Positions 50,690-59,200 of a stretch of DNA of 64,000 nt are shown here, one piece after another. Location: contig CAWDNU010000003.1 of assembly GCA_963803705.1 (NCBI GenBank), forward strand, positions 320,001 through 384,000, read 5' to 3'. This DNA comes from an uncultured Pseudobdellovibrionaceae bacterium. Its GTDB lineage: Bacteria; Bdellovibrionota; Bdellovibrionia; Bdellovibrionales; UBA1609. Made by a program: the position numbers and the translations under genes. The notes under the pieces were generated by a model. That model was not told where the DNA came from. It did no database searches and saw nothing but the letters and a program-made list of their open reading frames with translations. Numbering within the stretch: position 1 is the stretch's first letter; every line of letters begins with the position of its first letter.

Positions 50690-51398
50690 CGCTTAGAAAA
50701 AGCCACTTACCTTCATGTAGATCTTTCGGTAAATGGATCGAGCCAATTCGAACCCGGTGTAGATCTGTGACCTGTAAGTTAACGGCACCACACATTCGAC
50801 GGATCTGTCTGTTTTTACCTTCAACTAAGATAAATTTAAGTTTGTTCGGACCAAGTTGTTTGATAGTTGCCCTTTTTAAAGCTTTGCCATCTAAAGACAA
50901 CCCAAATTCAAGTTTTTTAATTTTTACAGAGTCGATTTGACCCATAATTTTGACTATATATTCTTTTTCTACGATTGCTTTTTCACCAATAATTGATTTT
51001 GCAAATGAGCCATCTTGCGAGTAAATCAGTAACCCTCGGGAGTCAGCATCAAGACGGCCAACAACACCGTAAGATTCAGGTTCAATAGATTCAAATTTAA
51101 AACCGGTATAATTATTTTCAGTTGCTAAATTTAAAGCAAGTTCATACTTAGGATCATCAAAGCTGCTTACAAACCCAGGGGGCTTATTTAAAATGATTGT
51201 CCTTTGATTTTGAAGTTCTAAAACAGCTTTTTTATGTAAAAGAATAAAGTCAGTCGGACTCACTTTGTGCTCGGGTTTTTCAACAAGTTTACCATTAGCT
51301 TTTATAAACAGTGAAAATACAAATTCTTCAGCTTTTTTTCTAGAACAGATATTTTGATCTGTTAGCAATTTTGAAATACGAATTTTATTGTCAGCCAA
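50667..51398 (-). CDS. rRNA pseudouridine synthase (RsuA/RluB/RluF family)
   Basis: S4 domain (RISKLL....CSRKKAE), LNKPPG, GRLDADSRGL, EKEY.V, EGKNRQIRRMC; likely TTG start at 51398. Confidence 0.9.
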   Translation of the reverse strand: MADNKIRISKLLTDQNICSRKKAEEFVFSLFIKANGKLVEKPEHKVSPTDFILLHKKAVLELQNQRTIILNKPPGFVSSFDDPKYELALNLATENNYTGFKFESIEPESYGVVGRLDADSRGLLIYSQDGSFAKSIIGEKAIVEKEYIVKIMGQIDSVKIKKLEFGLSLDGKALKRATIKQLGPNKLKFILVEGKNRQIRRMCGAVNLQVTDLHRVRIGSIHLPKDLHEGKWLFLSDLEPPNK

Positions 51399-52140
51399 GT
51401 AATATACCCCCATCAACCGGATATAAAGAACCGGTGATCCAGTTGTTCGACGGCTCACTTAAAAATAATGCTAACCTTGCGACATCATCAGGATTACCTA
51501 CACGTCCTAATGGTTGCAAACGATCCAAATCTGCTCTTAGTTTAGAATCTTTAGTATTAAAAAATGATTGGAGTGGTGTTTCTATAATACCCGGACAAAT
51601 TGCATTAACTTGTATATGACTAACTGCAAGCTCCAGAGCTAAGCACTGAGTCCAACTGTTTAAGGCAGCTTTAGTCGCTGAATAGGCAGAGGTTTCTGGT
51701 ATTGGTTTTATTCCTAATGTTGAAGAGATATTTAAAATTCTAGCAGATTTTTGCTCTTTTAGAATCGGCAGTAACAGCTGGGTGAATAATACCGGACCAA
51801 ATAAATTTGTTTGAAATTGTTCGTGCCAGGATCTCATCGAACTGTTTTCAAACTTACTTCTTTCAACAATACCAGCGTTATTTATTAATACTACGTGCTT
51901 ATCGTCTTTTTCCTTTTGGTTGAAACAAGATTTAATTGTTCTCACTGCCGTTTGAATCTTGTCTTTATCTTGTAAGTCTAAAGTCAGCACTCTTGAGCCT
52001 TCACATTCATTTTGAACAGTTTTAAGTTTCTCTAGATCTCTTGCAGCAAGTAGGCACTCAAATTTATTACTGGATAATTCAATGGCGATTTGACGACCAA
52101 TCCCTGAACTTGCACCAGTAATAATTGCTATTTTTTTCAT
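51391..52140 (-). CDS. Short-chain dehydrogenase/reductase
   Basis: Motifs ITGASSGIG, INNAG, NISS, YSATK, VDGG. Confidence 0.92.
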   Translation of the reverse strand: MKKIAIITGASSGIGRQIAIELSSNKFECLLAARDLEKLKTVQNECEGSRVLTLDLQDKDKIQTAVRTIKSCFNQKEKDDKHVVLINNAGIVERSKFENSSMRSWHEQFQTNLFGPVLFTQLLLPILKEQKSARILNISSTLGIKPIPETSAYSATKAALNSWTQCLALELAVSHIQVNAICPGIIETPLQSFFNTKDSKLRADLDRLQPLGRVGNPDDVARLALFLSEPSNNWITGSLYPVDGGILLG

Positions 52141-53621
52141 ATTTTATCGCCTTTTAGATCCAGATTGTTTAGATTTAAGATATTAAGTGAATTGATGTAC
52201 CACCCCTCGAATTTACCATCTTGTAAATACGAAAAATACATAGGTCCTAAGGGAATATAAGTGTAGTTTTCAAATAAAAGTTTAATGGCTATGTCACAAG
52301 TTTTTCTGATGGCTTTTGGATCATCTAGGGACTGCATTTTTTTGTAAAGCTTGTCGAAGTCTTCGTTATCGAAATCAGAAACATTGTTTGGATCATCAGA
52401 GCTAAAATAACTTAACGCTTCTAAGCAAGTAGGTGAATCTAGAGAAATTCCTTTTCTGATAATATCGAATTGTTTAGATCGTATTTTCTCAAAAAAAAGC
52501 CCTGTTTCCAAAGGCTCGATTCCAACTATTAAACCCAGGTTTTTCTGCCATTCATTAGCTAACCACTCCATACCTCTTTGGATATCGTCTCCACCCATCG
52601 AAGAAAAGCTTAGTTTTAGTTGATCATGATTACCCTTTTTGAACTTACTTAGATTCAATTTGGCTTTTTTTAGATCGTACTTATAACAATATTCGCTGTG
52701 GTAAAATCGAGCTGGAATGGAAGGGCATCCTGGCATTCCGATAGATTTATATAAAGCTTTTAGGTCATTGAATTTAATAGAGTGGAACAAAGATTTTTTT
52801 AGATTTCCATCCAACTTTGGGTTAAAAAAAATCCCATCCATTCTAACCATATTTATTTGCATCAATTCTTTTGATTTTTTATAGTTTTTTAAATCTCGAA
52901 TAGGTAAAAAAGTAAGCAAGTTGAGACTGTTTGATTTATAAAGCCGAAGTGCTGTTGCCTGATCTTCTATAAAGTTTACTTTGACCTTCAAATATTTCTT
53001 TTTTTTGTGTTTGAGCAAGATATATTGATTTTTTTTGTAGTTATCCAGAATGTAGTTAGTTGAAGAAATGACTTCATCTGCATCTTTATAAAATTTCTCT
53101 TCTTTTCTTGGTGATATTTCTACAAGAGCAAGTTTATTCGTAAAACTTGCTAGCTTATTTGGAAATTTAAACTCTAAGTTTAACTTATCGATGGCTCTAT
53201 ATTTTAAATTTTTAAAATTTAAAGTACTTTTTGATTGATTTTTTTTAAGAAGATTCAAACTGTTTACGTAATGTTTTGCTTGAATCATAGTGCCATCTTG
53301 AAAGTAAAGCCGCTTCAGATTGCAAATCAATTTATTTTCAATCCAATCACAAGACTTAGCGCCGTAAGGTACTAACTGGTTCTTAGAATTCCATACAAAA
53401 AGAGTAAGGTAGAGGTGGTTTAACAAATATCTAGAATTTATCCCTTGTTGTAAAAGAGGATCAAAGGTTTGAGGAACATAGGGGATGTTATAACTAAAAG
53501 TTTGTATTTGAAGTCGTATCGGATCATGTGATTGATTGAACTTCTTAAAGCACCCAAAGATAGATAGCAAAAATATAAAAGTTAAGATCAGCTTTAAGCA
53601 GCAGTTTAAAAAATAAGACAT
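52137..53621 (-). CDS. ABC transporter substrate-binding lipoprotein, family 5 (OppA-like), orphan
   Basis: Lipobox IFGC; PQTFDP; FQDGT.I.A; C-terminal YIPL...W. Confidence 0.75.
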   Translation of the reverse strand: MSYFLNCCLKLILTFIFLLSIFGCFKKFNQSHDPIRLQIQTFSYNIPYVPQTFDPLLQQGINSRYLLNHLYLTLFVWNSKNQLVPYGAKSCDWIENKLICNLKRLYFQDGTMIQAKHYVNSLNLLKKNQSKSTLNFKNLKYRAIDKLNLEFKFPNKLASFTNKLALVEISPRKEEKFYKDADEVISSTNYILDNYKKNQYILLKHKKKKYLKVKVNFIEDQATALRLYKSNSLNLLTFLPIRDLKNYKKSKELMQINMVRMDGIFFNPKLDGNLKKSLFHSIKFNDLKALYKSIGMPGCPSIPARFYHSEYCYKYDLKKAKLNLSKFKKGNHDQLKLSFSSMGGDDIQRGMEWLANEWQKNLGLIVGIEPLETGLFFEKIRSKQFDIIRKGISLDSPTCLEALSYFSSDDPNNVSDFDNEDFDKLYKKMQSLDDPKAIRKTCDIAIKLLFENYTYIPLGPMYFSYLQDGKFEGWYINSLNILNLNNLDLKGDKI

Positions 53622-53671
53622 CTAACCTTTCTCATTCAGATTTCTAGCAGGATCAAATACATTAGAATTTA

Positions 53672-53703
53672 ATGTTTATGTTTATGTTTATGTTAGATGT
53701 TTA
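53672..53703. repeat. Hexanucleotide microsatellite (ATGTTT)n
   Basis: atgttt atgttt atgttt atgtta g atgttt a, upstream of the OppA-like gene. Confidence 0.75.
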
Positions 53704-53747
53704 AGATAGTTTAAAGCTATTTAACAGTAAAAATTTTAGATTTTAAT

Positions 53748-54269
53748 TTAAAAAACTGTCAATAAAAGCAGATCTACTTCTTTTCTTGCAGCAAGGGTAT
53801 TTCGATCTTCGGTGCCAGTAAGGTTTCTGCCGATGATTTCCACGCTTAAGCGTTTTGCAGTGCTAACGTCGCCAGCGGCCAAGCCGACTTGGAACTTGAA
53901 CCTTCCTCGTTTACATATGTTCACAATACGAGTGACAGGAATTAGATCAACAAGTGAGTTAACATCATAAACTCTGTATTCTATAATATTTTCGGGATAG
54001 TCAGCTTCGTTGCATAAACCAGATATATCAAAAATACATATGGAACCGGTTCCGGCGCAGTTATCTGAAGACTTCACTAGAGCAGGGTTGGAGTTAGAGA
54101 TACTTAAAGCTAACAGATTCGCACCAGTTGGTTCTACACAGTTCGCTCTTGCATCGATACAAGGGTCAATATCGGTGGATAGATCAAAGCCTTGATCCAA
54201 TACCTCGCATCCAGCAACTAGTATTGGTAAAGCCAAGCCGACAAGAAATTTCCGCAATATTCTATTCAC
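53748..54269 (-). CDS. Hypothetical Cys-paired lipoprotein
   Basis: Lipobox VAGC; multiple Cys; FDISGLC...C..GRF.F beta-sandwich-like pattern. Confidence 0.65.
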   Translation of the reverse strand: MNRILRKFLVGLALPILVAGCEVLDQGFDLSTDIDPCIDARANCVEPTGANLLALSISNSNPALVKSSDNCAGTGSICIFDISGLCNEADYPENIIEYRVYDVNSLVDLIPVTRIVNICKRGRFKFQVGLAAGDVSTAKRLSVEIIGRNLTGTEDRNTLAARKEVDLLLLTVF

Positions 54270-54512
54270 TTGTTAGTATCGGCATTTCGGATTGAAAAGA
54301 TCAATTTTCATGAAACATAATATAAAAATCCTTCGCTTTAAAATAAATAGCAATTTTCTTAAATCAGCTAAATCAATTTAAATACAATTACACAGTTTTT
54401 TCATTTCTAAACTAGATGAAAGAAAGTTTTACGTAAAATCAAAATTAGGTGATTTTAAAAAAACGAAGTATCCTGAAGGTGACTTTCTTAAGTCAGAAAG
54501 GAGGTGATGCCA

Positions 54513-54566
54513 ATGAACAATGATATATGTGACAAGACATTGGCTAGCGGAGGTTCAAACCTGTAA
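54513..54566 (+). CDS. Candidate 17-aa small ORF (MNNDICDKTLASGGSNL)
   Basis: Preceded by AAAGGAGGTGAT; followed by a hairpin and a terminator. Confidence 0.4.
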   Translation: MNNDICDKTLASGGSNL

Positions 54567-54603
54567 TTTAGGTTTGTAAACGCTAGCCATAGAAAAAGTC
54601 TTT

Positions 54604-54638
54604 GGGCCCTACGTCAAGAGCGTAGGGCCTATTATTTT
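54604..54638 (+). terminator. Rho-independent terminator
   Basis: GGCCCTACG-tcaagag-CGTAGGGCC followed by TATTATTTT. Confidence 0.75.
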
Positions 54639-54810
54639 AATGGTCGCAAATCTGCTCAAGAATAAATGTTAAATTTATGCATGCTGCATTATGTCGGCAG
54701 ATTGCCAACTATATTGGCTTTCAAGATGACCTAAGGTCTAGTTATTTAATAATATGCCTATTTTTAAAGAAGGCCTTGCAATTATTACATGCTCACCATT
54801 AAATAATAAG

Positions 54811-54872
54811 TGGGGGGGCGATGTTTGACCAGTAGGACGTTTGAAGCATGGATGCTTCACATCGCCTTTTTC
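54811..54872 (+). ncRNA. Candidate ~60-nt structured sRNA with a CATGGATG hairpin
   Basis: Outer stem GGCGATGT/ACATCGCC plus T tract; inner TGAAGCA-TGGA-TGCTTCA; TTGCAA-N17-TTAAAT upstream. Confidence 0.45.
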
Positions 54873-55192
54873 TCTACTAAAGTTACGGTTTGATCAAATC
54901 CCATGTGATCACCACTTTTAAATGTCTTTCCCAGGGTAAATTGACCTAATTAGTATCAGACGATTCTGCTAGCCTATCGGCGTCATAGTCTAATTTTTTT
55001 AGGTCAGAACAAGAAAATCATGAGCTCTGCTTAAAATGCTTTTACCCGCTTGGTAAGTACATCCAGCACTAGAATGTCATAACTGAAAAATCTTTAAACA
55101 GTTAAGAAGTTATATTTACAGCCTTAGGTCGATGTTTGGCCTTGTAATCGATTTAAATACGATCTCAGTGAAAACTCACACTATTTAATTTA

Positions 55193-55208
55193 TGGCACAA
55201 CTTATGCT
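55193..55208 (+). promoter_or_regulatory. Sigma54 promoter
   Basis: TGGCAC-AACTT-ATGCT. Confidence 0.65.
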
Positions 55209-55345
55209 TTTAATTCTCTGAACTGATCTATTAAACTGCAGGTTAGGTAGTGAATTTTTGAATAATATTCACAGTGCCAACATTCAGGTTTGAAAATCAA
55301 GATTTAAAAACTATAAATTAAAATAAATAAACAGGAGAATATATT

Positions 55346-55900
55346 ATGAAATTATCGTTAACGGTTTTGGCTTTTATGTTTGCAGCTTCAAATGCCTTTG
55401 CCAATGGTGCAGTGACTTCATTAAGTGCTCGAGTAGCAACAGCTGCAAAGACTGCAAAAATTGGTAAAGTTTCTAAAGGCACTACGACTATAACAAAAAA
55501 TATAAATTCCGCTGCTGCACTAGCTGCTAAACCTGAAGTGATTCGTCAAGCAGAAGAAGTGGTTGAGCAAATTGAACAAGCTGCCAAGGACAACGATGGT
55601 ATTAATGGAATTTCAAAATCCGACAGATTCGAAGCACTTCAAATGGTGTATGTTATTCTAATCAATAATAATGGTCGAAATAAGGACCTTGAAAAAATTT
55701 CTACAGGTCAACTTTATTCGCGATTGGTTGCGCCTTCTTCTGAAGAGTTAGGGGCACAACAGTTTGCTAAATTTATCAATTTTTCTAAGCTTGTGTCTAA
55801 TGGAACAGATCCTGAAGCTGCTTCTAGACAAGCTACAGGCGGCAGTCTAGCAGAGTTTGCAAATAATTGTGGAGCCGTTGCTGCTTCATCTAGAAGATAG
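55346..55900 (+). CDS. Secreted Ala-rich hypothetical protein
   Basis: Signal peptide (SNAFA); RBS AGGAG; own terminator. Confidence 0.75.
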   Translation: MKLSLTVLAFMFAASNAFANGAVTSLSARVATAAKTAKIGKVSKGTTTITKNINSAAALAAKPEVIRQAEEVVEQIEQAAKDNDGINGISKSDRFEALQMVYVILINNNGRNKDLEKISTGQLYSRLVAPSSEELGAQQFAKFINFSKLVSNGTDPEAASRQATGGSLAEFANNCGAVAASSRR

Positions 55901-55932
55901 AATAAGATTAAGTTTAGTTTATTACTGAAACA

Positions 55933-55970
55933 AAAAAAAACCTAAGACTTTTTGATCTTAGGTTTTTTTT
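55933..55970 (+). terminator. Rho-independent terminator
   Basis: AAAAAAAACCTAAGA-loop-TCTTAGGTTTTTTTT. Confidence 0.85.
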
Positions 55971-56149
55971 ATTTGGATGTTCTCTTGGCGGGAAGCCTTG
56001 AAGGCTTGTCTGAAAAAAAATCTAGAACAATTAACCAGCTGTAAAAAGTTTGGACAATCTATTAGAGTGCAAAAATGTTTTAAGGCACAGAATGCAGCTT
56101 TAACCCCTTGTAATGATTTAGCTTTTTACAGGAGACCAATTTAGATATT

Positions 56150-56165
56150 TGGTGTGTATATTGCA
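56150..56165 (+). promoter_or_regulatory. Sigma54 promoter
   Basis: TGGTGT-GTATA-TTGCA; IHF-like TAACCCCTTGTAA at 56101. Confidence 0.55.
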
Positions 56166-56220
56166 TTTACACTTCTGAAGCGACTTTTATAAATGCTTTG
56201 CTTATTGGAGGGTTCAAGCG

Positions 56221-59200
56221 GTGAAATTTATCATTAAAATATTGCTTTCTTACTCTTTGATATTAAGCCCAATGATACCACACTTTAGCTTTGCTGATGA
56301 TGGTTTTAGCCGTCAAGATATGGCAAAAATGTTGATGTCACCAGTAGATATCTTTAATGAAAGTTATAAAAAGAATACTTTGTATATCAACGGTGAAGCT
56401 ACAACCGGGCCAAGAGTTGTAAATGAGTATCGTCTTTTAGGCGAACCCACCAATGCAAAAGATTTGAGCAAAGCATTAAGAGCCACCAATTTTTTATTTG
56501 AATTTTCTGGTGAACAGTTAAAATCTCATCCAGAGTTTCAAAAGTTGATTGAGACTTCTGACGGTCAAAAGAAATTAGAAAGATTGTTCAGGATGGCCCA
56601 AGATAGTCTAAAGGTTGTAACCGGTAACCCAGCAGTCACTTATCAAGATGTTTACACCGAAACTTTAAAGCAAGTTAATCAAGATCGAAATTTTAGGATT
56701 GACGAAAATAATTCAGTAACTCGCAAACAACAGACTGAAAAAAGAGACGCGGAAGTCATAAGACGAATGCAAAGCCTTGACAGCTTTGCTAATCGATACA
56801 TGGAAGTGGTGGGTAGGGTCTCGCAACTTTCACAATTTAGTTACGACAACAGCACACCTGACAAAGATATCAGACGAAATCTTGAGGTCTTAAGGCGAAT
56901 GCATGATGATTTCACACCTGATGAAAGAAAAAGGGCTCAGGAGCGCTTTAAAGAAGCGCAAAGAAAAATGTCAGATCATGACTTCAGAAAAAATTATGAC
57001 CTTCGAAACGGATTGTCCACCGTCAGAGTTCCAACCTGGAAGGCAAATTTTAGTCTAAAAAATCTTTATCAGAATTTGAAAGGAAGGATAGTATTACCAG
57101 TCGAAAGCCCGTTTGGAACTAAAGAGTATTCTCACTGGCCGGCTTCAGCTGCAGGCTTAGAGCCTGTTAAAGGTAGTAACTTCATGGACAAGTTAAAGTC
57201 CGGGACAATTCAGACCTCTCACATCGGCTTAGCATTGATGGTTGTTATCTTTGCTTCATCCGAGATCGCCATGATTAATAGTTATGAAAGTAATCCTAGA
57301 CATTTTGAAGAGACACTAGAACAAACAATGTCTTGGGCTATGCCAGCTTCCATTGGTTCGTTTTTCGTTGGTGGTTGGGCTACAGATAAGAGTGCATCAT
57401 TAGCAGCAGATGGTTTAAGAAGATTAAATGTAGCCAAACGTGCAAAGGCAAATTTAGTATCTTATGTAGAAAATAAAAAGATGTTCGTTAACGACCCCGA
57501 GTTAGGCTCAAAGTTTGTTAAAGGAAATATGCAGACCATTAAAGCTTCAAGCTTTTTGGAGCGGGCAACAACATATAAGGGCTTAACTGGTGGTTTTCTA
57601 ATCTCTCAATTTGTATATCGATACGTGAATCGGTTAGAGAGCTGTAGAAAAGTTCTAGGAGGTTTGGAAAGCGGCGAATACACAGCCTTTGAAAGAAATC
57701 GGCTTAGACAGGCTTGTGACCAAACTGTTGGTCAAATGATAAAAGAAATAGCTGAAAGCCCAGACACCTGGATGCAGCTAACAGCACTTCTGTCCACCAA
57801 AGCCCTTCTGACTTTCGGAATGAATACTGCACAGATTTTAAAGTATGGCGTGGCCTCTAGCCCAACTTCTGCAAGAGCGCTGCAAGGAGCTTCGAAGTTT
57901 GTACCTTACCAGGTAAAGATTGTATCCAGAGGATTTTTTGCAAATCCCTGGGTTTCAACCATAGTTGGATTTGCCATATTTAGTGTGGTCTTTTGGGCGG
58001 CACTAGAAGCCATCGAGTGGGGCGCAGGGCGGATGACTTTACAAATGCCAGCGACCCAAGCGTCTAAGAATATAAGAGAACTTTTTAGGCTTTACGAATC
58101 TAGAGGCTGGGATATGCAAAAGCTTTGTGATGATCGAAATCTACTTCAAGGCGGTTTGTTAGATCACTTAAAGCCTTTAATGTTCTGGAAAGACACAATA
58201 AAGTGTGGGGATGAATTAGTGCTAGCCTTTTTAAAACAGCATCAAGATGCTAATAAGGCTTGGAGAAGTAGTATTTCTGACCCTTTTTATGAATCAATCA
58301 CCAGCTGGTTAGAATTTACATTTAGAGCTACCAACATGCATAAATCAGCTTACATGTTTTACAAGGACATTGCTGAACAGATAAAAGTTCAAAGAAACAG
58401 TGGACAGAAAATAGCTTTTATAAAAACAAAAAACAATAGGACCCACGCCTACGAATCTTTGGGATACAGAAACACAAATTTATACAATCACCCTTTACCA
58501 TTATTTAGATCCGAGCCCTATTTTGGCTGGGATTATAAGTTACGAAATGACGAAACCACACAGATTGACTATCCAACCTACGATGGACAGACGGTAACGT
58601 GGTCAGAGCGGTACGCTAATCGCACCGGAGTTGATGATTTAACCCGAAGAAAAAATCATTTTAAAAACGAAGTTTTACCTGTGGCTGTTCGAAGGCTCGA
58701 ATCTAGATTGAGAACTTTAGATACCTCAACTGAATACGGCCAAAACCAGAAAAAAGAAACAGAAAGTATTCTGAAATATCTTACTTTTGAAACAGACAAT
58801 GGACGAGGAAACTTGGCTTTTATCGCTAAAGGACTCTACCGAATTGCAATGCAAGTAGAAAGTCAGAGTAATTTTTTTAGATGCGAAAAAGATGGGGACT
58901 GTTTCTGGACTGAATTTCAAAAAAACTTTTTAGATCAAAGCTTGTGGAAAACCAATGATACATTTACCGCTTTGATATTACCTTCACTTATTGAAGTGTT
59001 GCAAAATTATAAGATTGGATTAGAGGCTACGCAAATTGGAATTAGCGGGGGTTTAAACGTTTCGAACCAACTTATTTCGAACATTGCTCGTAAAGAAATT
59101 GCTGACGTCGAAGAGATTATAGGATTATTGAATAGTAAAAATAGAAGACAAGATATTGACCCTCAAAGCGTTAATTTAGGAATCGAGTTTATTCATAAAA

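Noticed and set aside
55219..55345. Riboswitch in the long leader of the 184-aa gene
   Set aside because: Some pairing is possible (GTGAAT/ATTCAC), but I could not recognise a known aptamer consensus; a covariance search would be needed.
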